Origin: Minisyncoccota bacterium
GTDB lineage: Bacteria; Patescibacteriota; Minisyncoccia; Phycocordibacterales; JAACPR01
Reading direction: 5' to 3'
NCBI GenBank assembly: GCA_041674225.1
Contig: JBAYWG010000004.1
Coordinates: 1 to 44,006, forward strand
DNA: 44,006 nt
Shown: positions 27,089 to 34,954 of the stretch, one piece after another
Position numbering within the stretch: position 1 is the first letter of the stretch
Layout: the number at the start of each line of letters is the position of its first letter
Notes under the pieces: generated by a model
What the model was told of the DNA's origin: nothing
The model's input: only the letters and a program-made list of their open reading frames with translations
Database searches by the model: none
Position numbers and translations under genes: made by a program

Positions 27089-27601
27089 TTACCTAAGCGC
27101 AACTTCTCGGTGTTTACCCCAACACGGACTTGAATGATTCCATGGTCTTGTACCTTGAGTATCGTATAGATACTTTGCATAAGCCATATTACCTTCAAGC
27201 GTGTAGACATTTAGACCAAGTTTTTGTGCTGTATCAAGGTGATATTTTTCGTTAATCTGCAAGACTCCTACGTCCTGTGAATTAACAACTCCTCTTAATA
27301 CATTTCCATTTTCGTCATATTGACGGAAACGTGATTCACAAAAGGCAATTTCTGCCATGATCGGCGCATCTTTAAAATACGCTTTCACTTGTGCTTCGGT
27401 TGTTAAAATTGTGTTGTTGGATTTTTCTGAGACTTCAGATTTAACCTCAACAATTTCTTCTGTTATTGGAGTTGCTGCCGATACTGCTGCTGAACTTGTT
27501 GGGACAATTGAATCTCCCATAGTTACTGTTGCAACGAATAAGGCCAACCCCATCGCAAGATTTATTATAGATTGAATGTTAAGGACAAACTGCGTATGCA
27601 A
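27089..27601 (-). CDS. Secreted transglycosylase-like (Rpf/SLT-type) domain protein
   Basis: TTG start preceded by GAGGAAG. N-terminal TM/signal. AEIAFCESRFRQY...GVLQINEKYH...GTRPWNHSSPCW follows the C-E-S ... G-h-h-Q-I ... W....C pattern of lysozyme-like transglycosylase domains. Confidence 0.6.
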   Translation of the reverse strand: MHTQFVLNIQSIINLAMGLALFVATVTMGDSIVPTSSAAVSAATPITEEIVEVKSEVSEKSNNTILTTEAQVKAYFKDAPIMAEIAFCESRFRQYDENGNVLRGVVNSQDVGVLQINEKYHLDTAQKLGLNVYTLEGNMAYAKYLYDTQGTRPWNHSSPCWGKHREVALR

Positions 27602-27644
27602 CCATCTTCCTCGGACGCAGGCTTTAGATGATCTCTTTTTTAAG

Positions 27645-27686
27645 AGGTCTAAAACAATAAAGCTCAGTTATATTGAACAACTGAGT
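27645..27686 (-). terminator. Possible terminator of 27774-28127
   Basis: CTCAGTT-9 nt-AACTGAG (7-bp stem). On the minus strand it is followed by CTTTATTGTTTT. Confidence 0.35.
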
Positions 27687-27773
27687 CGCAGACATAATAA
27701 CACCAAGACAGGTAAAAAGTCAATCACTTTAAAAAAGTGTGGATTCTGTATGAAGCCTTAACAAAGCCATATT

Positions 27774-28127
27774 TTACATGCCAGGGCAATTTTGAGCAGG
27801 TTTATAGCCCTCTTTTAGAGCTTCATCCAAACTATCAAAATAAACCTTATTCTCAGCCTTTATTCGACTAACTCCAGTACACCAAACAAAGTACACTTTG
27901 GTGCCAGATTTGGACGCTACGAGGCTTTTTGTGGGTTTTTCTTCCCCTGATTCAGACCCTGTTTTAGCCTCCACAGAGGGCATTATTTTGGGCTCAAAAA
28001 TCAACAATTTTGGCCGGTTTTGATCAGATCCACTCAAATATCCCGAAACATAGACATTGCACATGAGTGTTATCCCGATTACCACCCTTATCCCCTTGCC
28101 TTCTTTCAAAAAATGCGTTAATCTCAT
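27774..28127 (-). CDS. Membrane-anchored protein with C-terminal Ada-like/'sunset'-type Cys domain (tentative)
   Basis: N-terminal TM. The C-terminal KVYFVWCTGVSRIKAENKVYFDSLDEALKEGYKPAQNCPGM fits the Y...C.....I...N...F.S..EA...GY.P...C pattern. Confidence 0.5.
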   Translation of the reverse strand: MRLTHFLKEGKGIRVVIGITLMCNVYVSGYLSGSDQNRPKLLIFEPKIMPSVEAKTGSESGEEKPTKSLVASKSGTKVYFVWCTGVSRIKAENKVYFDSLDEALKEGYKPAQNCPGM

Positions 28128-28185
28128 ACAACTTAACTAAAACATTTCGACCCTAAAGGGACGTTAAGTAAAAACTAAAAAATAT

Positions 28186-28458
28186 ATGTCACACGTTAAA
28201 GCAGGAGGTTCAACAAAAAACCTTAGAGATTCAAATCCAAAATACCTTGGAACAAAACTTTACGCTGGTCAAAAAGCTACGACTGGTATGGTTATTGTGC
28301 GTCAAAGAGGAACTAAAATTCTTCCAGGTAAAAATGTTGGTCTTGGAAAAGATCACACTCTTTTTGCACTTGCAGACGGAAAGGTAGTTTTTACAGAAAC
28401 AAGAAAGCGACGGTTCGACGGTTCAGTTCGAAAATTACCTGTTGCTAATATTGAGTAA
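28186..28458 (+). CDS. rpmA: 50S ribosomal protein L27
   Basis: [29 protein letters not shown]...[31 protein letters not shown] is canonical L27. Confidence 0.93.
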   Translation: MSHVKAGGSTKNLRDSNPKYLGTKLYAGQKATTGMVIVRQRGTKILPGKNVGLGKDHTLFALADGKVVFTETRKRRFDGSVRKLPVANIE

Positions 28459-28878
28459 GAGCGTAGATTTTTCTCCAAACGCTTCTAAATTAATTTTAAA
28501 TTCCCCAACACTTTTGATTTGATCAAAGTTTTTTATCCATGCTTTTTCTACTTGGATTCCTGTTTGATCTGAAATAGCTTTCAATACTTCTTCCAATTGA
28601 ACTTTCGAAAATAGATGACCTTTTTCATTTGCCTTTTCTGAAATTGAAACAGTCTCGCCGTTCAAAACTTTTAGCATGTCTTTACCCTTTTGAGTTTTCT
28701 CTTGATTATTTTTCTTTAAAGCTTCAGTTTTGTTTTGAATACTTTTAATATCTCCCGCGCTCGCTGGTCTCGCCAACTTTCTAGGTATCAAAAGATTTAT
28801 AGCGTGTCCTTGATTCACTTCTACAATCTGATCCTTCTTCCCCACTTTTGGAACATCTTTTAGCAAAATTACTTTCAT
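28435..28878 (-). CDS. rplI: 50S ribosomal protein L9
   Basis: [36 protein letters not shown] is the canonical L9 N-domain. 147 aa. The 3' end overlaps the rpmA 3' end by 24 nt. Confidence 0.9.
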   Translation of the reverse strand: MKVILLKDVPKVGKKDQIVEVNQGHAINLLIPRKLARPASAGDIKSIQNKTEALKKNNQEKTQKGKDMLKVLNGETVSISEKANEKGHLFSKVQLEEVLKAISDQTGIQVEKAWIKNFDQIKSVGEFKINLEAFGEKSTLLLNISNR

Positions 28879-28911
28879 ATTTCTATTTAATCAGATTTTA
28901 GGGGTTTGTTC

Positions 28912-28958
28912 AAATTAAATAAAAAGAAGGGTGTCACAGAAAATCTGAAACACCCTTC
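28912..28958 (-). terminator. Terminator of 28990-29454
   Basis: GAAGGGTGT...ACACCCTTC (9-bp stem with an inner CAG/CTG extension). On the minus strand it is followed by TTTTTATTTAATTT. Confidence 0.8.
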
Positions 28959-28989
28959 AAGGTTTAAATAACAAAAAAGTCCACACAGT

Positions 28990-29454
28990 TCAGTCAGGAT
29001 CGCCGGAGGAAGGATCGGAGGACCAAGATGCTTCTGCTGGATAGGTCCAGTAGTCGCTCAAGGTGCCGAATCTTTTCTCCATCATACGCTTTGTGACGGC
29101 AATGGCGTCCGCCAACTCACCTTTACTACCATGGAGCATTTCGTGCTCAGTAGCTGGCCGATGATGGATGAAACGCCCGAATTGCTCTTGGCAGTACGCT
29201 TGGTACATCCTCGTGAAGAGGATGAAAGTATGCCAGGCTTCATCGATCAGTGGCGCCGGAATCAGCAGAACTTTGGGTGAATCCGCCGCCAAAGCAAGGA
29301 AGTTTTTAAGCTCCTTGAAAAGTTCGGTGGCATCATCACGGCTGATGGACAGGTTGATGGTAAGGCGATATATAACATCGTCTTCTGTGTTGCGCGGCAT
29401 GGGCGCGAGAGCAGTTACTGTGGCAACTGTATCATTACCTACTGGTATTTTCAT
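28990..29454 (-). CDS. Hypothetical protein with a D-x-x-W-H ... Y...C ... HH-x-P motif (DUF1399/GRDP-like, tentative)
   Basis: 154 aa. The IDEAWHTFILFTRMYQAYCQEQFGRFIHHRP block. Visibly GC-richer than its neighbours. Has its own terminator at 28912-28958. Confidence 0.5.
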   Translation of the reverse strand: MKIPVGNDTVATVTALAPMPRNTEDDVIYRLTINLSISRDDATELFKELKNFLALAADSPKVLLIPAPLIDEAWHTFILFTRMYQAYCQEQFGRFIHHRPATEHEMLHGSKGELADAIAVTKRMMEKRFGTLSDYWTYPAEASWSSDPSSGDPD

Positions 29455-29592
29455 TATGTTTTTATGGTTTGTTCAATTGGTTAATTTTTTTAATTAAGCC
29501 ATTCCTTAAGGATATTATCAAATCAGTGAACATATGCAATATTTTTACGCAGTATTGACAAATTAATGTTTTAAATGTACTTTTTCTAAAGA

Positions 29593-30297
29593 ATGTACAG
29601 ACAATCATTGAATGCTTTAAATCAAGAAGCAAAAACATACATGGAAAGTATAGCTACACACTGTCCTTTCACGAAACCTTCACATGAAGCTGGACTACTC
29701 AACTTTAGTGCTTACAAAGTAGGAAAGCACGCAATTGAGAAGGTTTATTTACTGGCGGCGATTCATACGGAAATTCTCCGAATTGATCGACGTAAACTTC
29801 CAAGTAATCAAGGATTCCTACTTTGCGAAAACCTGATTATAGAATTTGAAAATCTTAATCAAATAAAAGACTTTAAAACAGTATTTGATTGGGTGCATTG
29901 GATATTAAAATGTACTTACACAACTCGAAAGTTAGTGTTCGGTAAATTCTGGAAAGGTGAAGTTGCAGAAAGTAGGAGAGGAATTCCATTACCTCCTCCA
30001 CCTGTTAATTTGCTTTCTTGTCGAACTTTGTTGGATCCAAACGATCTGAGATTTTTTGACAAGACTCCTGAGTTCTACGACGCTTTTAAAAAGGCAACCG
30101 ATTCAGAAGATACAACTTCACTCATAGATGTTATTGGAGTAGAAACTTGCGCAGCAGTTGAAAAACTTACTGATCAATTAATGCAAGAAGGATACTTTCA
30201 TAAAGTACTGGATGAGGTAGTAAAGATTGAATATAAGTTGGGTAAGAAGCACGTAACAAATCAACTCTTAGGAAACACTGCACTGTTGGGAATGTAA
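29593..30297 (+). CDS. Hypothetical protein
   Basis: 234-aa ORF divergent from 28990-29454, with no motif recognised. A TTGACA at 29555-29560 could be its -35 element. Confidence 0.55.
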   Translation: MYRQSLNALNQEAKTYMESIATHCPFTKPSHEAGLLNFSAYKVGKHAIEKVYLLAAIHTEILRIDRRKLPSNQGFLLCENLIIEFENLNQIKDFKTVFDWVHWILKCTYTTRKLVFGKFWKGEVAESRRGIPLPPPPVNLLSCRTLLDPNDLRFFDKTPEFYDAFKKATDSEDTTSLIDVIGVETCAAVEKLTDQLMQEGYFHKVLDEVVKIEYKLGKKHVTNQLLGNTALLGM

Positions 30298-30306
30298 TTA
30301 TTCTCT

Positions 30307-30837
30307 TCAGTGTTTTTTCTTTTCTTCAGCTACTACTTTTTTAATAAATTCATATTTGGCTTCCATGTACGGCATCCATTCAAATTTAGTAGACTTTGCA
30401 AGTTTTTTCTTTATTGCAGCGTATTGATCGCGGAGCTTTGTGTTTTGCAAAAGTGTATCTCTAAATACAATCATATCTTTAAAAACTGGGTCTGATTTTT
30501 TATAAATATGAACATGCACAAGTGGTCTCTTACGATTACCTTTACGAAAATATCTTCGATTAGGTGTTTCCTTTTCAAAACGTGGATAGTACAAATACGA
30601 AATATCTGCAAATTTTGTGACCCAGTCTTTTACTATTGCAAGATCATCTACTCCAATTGCAATATCAATTTCAGGCTTCGATAACAGTCCAGGAATACTG
30701 GTACTTCCAATGTGGTGAATTTCAATAGATTCATTGAGTGCTGAACGTATTTTTTTTTCAGCTTGCTGGTAACGGCGTTTCCAGTTTGTTGTATATGGAT
30801 GCAAACTAAATTGTTGATCTGGTTTTGATACTGTCAT
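30307..30837 (-). CDS. GrpB-family (UPF0157, nucleotidyltransferase-fold) protein
   Basis: IHHIGSTSIPGLLSKPEIDIAIGV and VHVHIY blocks typical of GrpB. ATG at 30837 is preferred over the GTG at 30843 used by the ORF track. Confidence 0.8.
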   Translation of the reverse strand: MTVSKPDQQFSLHPYTTNWKRRYQQAEKKIRSALNESIEIHHIGSTSIPGLLSKPEIDIAIGVDDLAIVKDWVTKFADISYLYYPRFEKETPNRRYFRKGNRKRPLVHVHIYKKSDPVFKDMIVFRDTLLQNTKLRDQYAAIKKKLAKSTKFEWMPYMEAKYEFIKKVVAEEKKKH

Positions 30838-30895
30838 TTTCACATTGTTGCAGATAAAGATAACGATGACAAGGTAGTGGAGAATTACAAATTAA

Positions 30896-30924
30896 TTGAC
30901 TAATCTAGTATATTGTGATATAGT
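30896..30924 (+). promoter_or_regulatory. Near-consensus sigma70-like promoter for the small ORF 30983-31201
   Basis: TTGACT (30896-30901), 17-nt spacer ending in TGa, TATAGT (30919-30924). Confidence 0.55.
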
Positions 30925-30982
30925 ATTAATAGAGTAGGTGAAATTTAATCACCATCAACAAAACAAAAACCATACTAGATAA

Positions 30983-31201
30983 ATGAAGAAAGTTCTTTTT
31001 TTAATAACATTCGTTATGGCCATCGTACTGATGCTTTCTCCGATTCTGTTCGAAGAAAGCAGCCAAATGATGACCTTAGTACAGCCCAAAATCTTCGGGA
31101 TGAAGATTTGGGAGGTCCTAATCCCCACCGGACTCATCCTGAGCATTGCACCTTTGCTTTTGGGACTGAGTATCCTGAAACAGCACAGAGCAACAGAGTG
31201 A
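30983..31201 (+). CDS. Small hypothetical membrane protein (72 aa, 2 TM)
   Basis: Flanked by a near-consensus promoter (30896-30924) and a plus-strand terminator (31225-31269). Two hydrophobic helices. Preferred over the overlapping minus-strand 88-aa ORF. Confidence 0.5.
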   Translation: MKKVLFLITFVMAIVLMLSPILFEESSQMMTLVQPKIFGMKIWEVLIPTGLILSIAPLLLGLSILKQHRATE

Positions 31202-31224
31202 GCAGTATATCTTTCACTCAAACT

Positions 31225-31269
31225 CCCTGTTGCAGCATTACTACACGTAATGCTGCCGGGGATTTTTTT
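31225..31269 (+). terminator. Terminator after the small ORF 30983-31201
   Basis: GCAGCATTAC-TACAC-GTAATGCTGC (10-bp perfect stem), with outer CCC/GGG, then ATTTTTTTA. Confidence 0.8.
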
Positions 31270-31272
31270 ATT

Positions 31273-32511
31273 TTATCTCTTCAACAGAATTTTTACAGCT
31301 TCTTCTAATTGCATGTCTGAATCATCATCGGCATCATCTGATTTTGCTTCTACTACAACATCTGGTGTAAGTCCTGATTCAGAGATTGAAACTCCGTTTG
31401 GTGTAAGCCATCGTGCAATTGTTAGTTTTAAAGAAGTTTCTTTTGAAATCGGAATTAATTCTTGAACAGAACCTTTACCGTATGTTTGTTCTCCCACAAG
31501 TTTAGCCACATTGTGTTCTTTTAGAGCTCCTGCAACAATTTCGGACGCACTTGCAGATCCACCATCTACCAAAACCACCATATTTAAATTTTGATTAAAA
31601 ATATCGTAACCTTTACTTCTAAATATTTTTGGTGATGTGTTTGCTCCAAAATCTTCTTGTACAATGATCTTTCCTGCTGGCAGGAACCAACTTGAAATAT
31701 CCACAGCTGCATCTAGATACCCTCCAGGATTTCCTCGCATGTCCAAAATTAATTTATCTGATTTTGAAAGTACAAAATCTCGTAGAGCTTTTCTAAAATC
31801 ATTTTCTACACCCGCAGAGAAATTGAATAGTGAGATTACAAAAATTCCATCTTTTCGCATTTCGTACTCCAATGTTGGAATTTTTATATTTTCACGAACA
31901 ACTTTTATAGCCATTGAACCTCTTTCACCTTCTCGAGCAATCACAAGCTCCACAGTTGTACCCTTTTCACCTCGAATCAAATTAACAGCTTCATCAACAG
32001 ACATCTCGGCAGTTACTTCTCCATCGATTTGTAAAATAACATCCCCAGCTTTGATTCCAGCTTTTTCAGCAGGTGTGTCTTTCAAAGGAGAGATTACTAC
32101 TATTAGAGAATCTTTCTTCCCCACTTCCATTCCAACACCAGAAAAATTTCCACTGATGCTTTCATTGAATTCTTTATTTTCTTCTGGAGCTAAAAATCTG
32201 GAGTACGAATCACCTAGAGAATCCACCATTCCTTTGATAGCTCCTTGCATTCTTTCTTCGTCTGTTACGGCCACAGTACTAGAAGCTGGAACAAACTTTT
32301 CGTCTATTAGTGCCCATACTCGCCAAAACTCTTCTAAGTCTGCTGGAGATTGTGCATTCAAGCTAGATGAATCAGATCTTTTGCTTTCGTTTCCGATAAA
32401 AAATCCTACTCCAAAAATTCCTAAAACTAGTACGATTGAAAATGTTGCAAGGAATAAACTCTTCGATAATTGTTTAAAATATTTTTTCATAAAGTCTAAT
32501 AAGTATGGCAA
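31273..32511 (-). CDS. ctpA: Carboxy-terminal processing peptidase (S41) with PDZ domain
   Basis: N-terminal TM, PDZ (GIKAGDVILQIDG), and the S41 core RGNPGGYL, GGSASASEIVAGAL, TYGKGSVQ. TTG start as given in the ORF track. Confidence 0.9.
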   Translation of the reverse strand: MPYLLDFMKKYFKQLSKSLFLATFSIVLVLGIFGVGFFIGNESKRSDSSSLNAQSPADLEEFWRVWALIDEKFVPASSTVAVTDEERMQGAIKGMVDSLGDSYSRFLAPEENKEFNESISGNFSGVGMEVGKKDSLIVVISPLKDTPAEKAGIKAGDVILQIDGEVTAEMSVDEAVNLIRGEKGTTVELVIAREGERGSMAIKVVRENIKIPTLEYEMRKDGIFVISLFNFSAGVENDFRKALRDFVLSKSDKLILDMRGNPGGYLDAAVDISSWFLPAGKIIVQEDFGANTSPKIFRSKGYDIFNQNLNMVVLVDGGSASASEIVAGALKEHNVAKLVGEQTYGKGSVQELIPISKETSLKLTIARWLTPNGVSISESGLTPDVVVEAKSDDADDDSDMQLEEAVKILLKR

Positions 32512-32554
32512 AAGTATTAGTGCCAGTCAAACAAAAGGATGATAAAATATTTTC

Positions 32555-33481
32555 ATGCGAACAGATTCAATTTATAAAGATGTTAAGTGGGTGGACCTTG
32601 AAAATCCTACGAGCACAGAAGTGCGTCAACTGATAGAAGAATTTGATATTGCTCCGATAGTTGCAAATGAATTAATCAGTCCTTCAATCAGATCCCATGT
32701 GGATGTGCATCCAAAATTCCTTTATTTAATACTACATTTCCCTTGTTCATATTCTCCAAACGCAGACGAGACAGAAACCAAAAAAACTCAAGAGATTGAT
32801 TTTATAATTGGAAAGAATTTTATCATCACAACTCACTACGACAGCATCGATGCTCTACATGATTTTTCAAAAATGTTTGAAGTGCAATCGATTTTGGATA
32901 AAAGTGATTTAGCAAATCATGGTGGTTTTGTTTTTTATTACATGGCAAAACATTTTTATAGAAACATGATTCACAAAATAGAAATGGTTCAAGATCTAAT
33001 TGCTGAAACTGAAACAAAAATTTTCCATGGAGAAGAAAGACAGATGGTGACAGAGATTTCTAGACTAAATAGAGTACTTCTGACTTTCAAAGAAGCGATA
33101 AGTTCTCATGAAGAAGTTTTGAAATCTTTTGAAATCGCTGGACAGAAATTTTTTGAGGAAGAATTTAAATATCATTTGCATGCGATTTTAGGCGAATACA
33201 ATAAAGTTTCAAAGAAAATTGAAAACACAAAAGAATACTTGCATGAATTGCGCCAAACAAACGATTCCCTACTTTCAACAAAACAAAATGAAATCGTGAA
33301 GAATCTTACATTGATGTCTTTCATCTTCTTCCCGCTAGCTTTGGTAGCTGGAATATTTGGAATGAACGCAAACTACATGCCAATTATTGGTACAGCGAAT
33401 GATTTCTGGAAAATTATTTTGATTATGTCTGTATTATCTATAATGATGTTTGGATTATTTAAGCAAAAGAAGTGGTTTTAA
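32555..33481 (+). CDS. corA: CorA-family magnesium/cobalt transporter
   Basis: 308 aa. Cytoplasmic domain followed by two C-terminal TM helices with the GMN motif (GIFGMNANYMP). Confidence 0.88.
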   Translation: MRTDSIYKDVKWVDLENPTSTEVRQLIEEFDIAPIVANELISPSIRSHVDVHPKFLYLILHFPCSYSPNADETETKKTQEIDFIIGKNFIITTHYDSIDALHDFSKMFEVQSILDKSDLANHGGFVFYYMAKHFYRNMIHKIEMVQDLIAETETKIFHGEERQMVTEISRLNRVLLTFKEAISSHEEVLKSFEIAGQKFFEEEFKYHLHAILGEYNKVSKKIENTKEYLHELRQTNDSLLSTKQNEIVKNLTLMSFIFFPLALVAGIFGMNANYMPIIGTANDFWKIILIMSVLSIMMFGLFKQKKWF

Positions 33482-33484
33482 AAT

Positions 33485-34879
33485 ATGAAAACTTATCTAC
33501 ACAACACACTTTCAGGAGAAATAGAATTATTTGAGCCAATAGAAAAAGGTGTTGTTTCGATGTATCACTGTGGACCGACTGTTTATAGTAGAGCTCATAT
33601 TGGAAATCTTCGTGCGTATGTTTTTTCAGATATTTTGAAAAGATATTTTTTGTATCAAGGTTTTAAAGTGAATCAAGTGATTAATATTACTGATGTTGGG
33701 CATCTTACAGATGACAATGATGATGGTGAGGATAAAATTGAAATGAAAGCGCGCGAAGCGAAGCTGAGCGCGCAAGACATTGTAGAAGAAGTTACAAAAT
33801 TTTTCTTTAATGATTTAAAGTCTTTAAACATAAATACAGAAGGAACTTTATTTCCAAAAGCATCTGAACACATCCCTGAACAAATTCAGATGATACAAGT
33901 TCTTGAACAAAAAGGTCATGTTTATCAAACTGCAGATGGAATTTATTTTGATACTTCTACTTACCCTCCATACGGAAAACTTGGAAATATTGATATTGAA
34001 AATCTAAAAGAAGGTGCTCGAGTAGAAATAAATAAAGAAAAAAGAAATCCAACTGATTTTGCTTTGTGGAAATTTTCAAAGCCAGAAGATAAAAGACAAC
34101 AAGAATGGCAATCACCTTGGGGTATTGGTTTCCCTGGTTGGCATATTGAATGTTCTGCAATGTCAAAAAAATATTTAGGAGAAACTTTTGATATTCATAC
34201 AGGAGGAGTAGATCATATTCCAGTTCACCACAACAACGAAATCGCTCAATCAGAATCTGCAAATGGAAAAGAGTTGGCAAATTTTTGGCTTCACTTTAAA
34301 CACATTCTGATAAACAATGAAAAAATTTCAAAATCATTAGGAAACGATGTTTACATTGACGATCTTTTGAAAAAAAATATCTCTCCCCTAGCCTATCGAT
34401 ACTGGCTTCTCACAGCAGACTATAAAACTCAAATTAATTTTACTTGGGAAGCAGTTACTGCATCAAAAACTGCATTCGAAAAATTAGTTATTCAAATTTC
34501 AAATTTTGATAAAGGCGGAGAAATAAATTCTACTTACAAAGAAAGATTTTTGAAATTATTAAGTGATGATTTAAATACGCCACAAGCAATTGCATTAATT
34601 TGGGAATTATTAAAAAATTCTGCTGTTTCTGAAAAAGATAAACGAGCAACTGTTTTGGATTTTGATAAAGTTTTAGGACTAAACTTAGAATCAATTGCAA
34701 ACCTGGCTTCAAAAATTCAGATCAATGTTCCAGATACTATTAAAAATTTAATTGCAGAAAGAGAAACAGCTAGAAAAAATGGAGATTTTATCAAAGCCGA
34801 TGCTTTACGAGAGATGATAATTGATGAAGGATATGACATTAAAGACACTCCAGAAGGCCCAAAAATAAGCTTAGTTTAA
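33485..34879 (+). CDS. cysS: Cysteine--tRNA ligase
   Basis: MYHCGPTVY, AHIGNLRAYV (HIGH), WHIECSAM and KISKSLGN (KMSKS). Confidence 0.95.
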   Translation: MKTYLHNTLSGEIELFEPIEKGVVSMYHCGPTVYSRAHIGNLRAYVFSDILKRYFLYQGFKVNQVINITDVGHLTDDNDDGEDKIEMKAREAKLSAQDIVEEVTKFFFNDLKSLNINTEGTLFPKASEHIPEQIQMIQVLEQKGHVYQTADGIYFDTSTYPPYGKLGNIDIENLKEGARVEINKEKRNPTDFALWKFSKPEDKRQQEWQSPWGIGFPGWHIECSAMSKKYLGETFDIHTGGVDHIPVHHNNEIAQSESANGKELANFWLHFKHILINNEKISKSLGNDVYIDDLLKKNISPLAYRYWLLTADYKTQINFTWEAVTASKTAFEKLVIQISNFDKGGEINSTYKERFLKLLSDDLNTPQAIALIWELLKNSAVSEKDKRATVLDFDKVLGLNLESIANLASKIQINVPDTIKNLIAERETARKNGDFIKADALREMIIDEGYDIKDTPEGPKISLV

Positions 34880-34954
34880 CTTTCCCCACATTAAGCACAA
34901 CTTAGCCCCAGATAAAGAAATGATGAGATTTTGGCTTGTGCTAAACTATGCACT

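Noticed and set aside
30955-31221. 88-aa minus-strand ORF overlapping the 72-aa plus-strand ORF
   Set aside because: The promoter (30896-30924) and terminator (31225-31269) are both oriented for the plus strand, so the plus-strand ORF is the better model. It is not fully excluded.
31637-32542. 301-aa plus-strand ORF
   Set aside because: It lies entirely antisense to the well-supported S41 peptidase gene (31273-32511). It has a low-complexity S/P/T/I-rich translation typical of shadow ORFs in AT-rich DNA, and no start or terminator context.
33745-33775. GCGCGC ... GCGCGC pair inside cysS
   Set aside because: It is a 6-bp self-complementary hexamer repeated 13 nt apart within the coding sequence. 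That is too short to distinguish from chance.
34894-34942. AGCACAA ... TTGTGCT inverted repeat upstream of dnaB, superficially CIRCE-like
   Set aside because: The stem is only 7 bp with a roughly 35-nt spacer. It does not match the CIRCE consensus or spacing, and it is not upstream of a chaperone gene.
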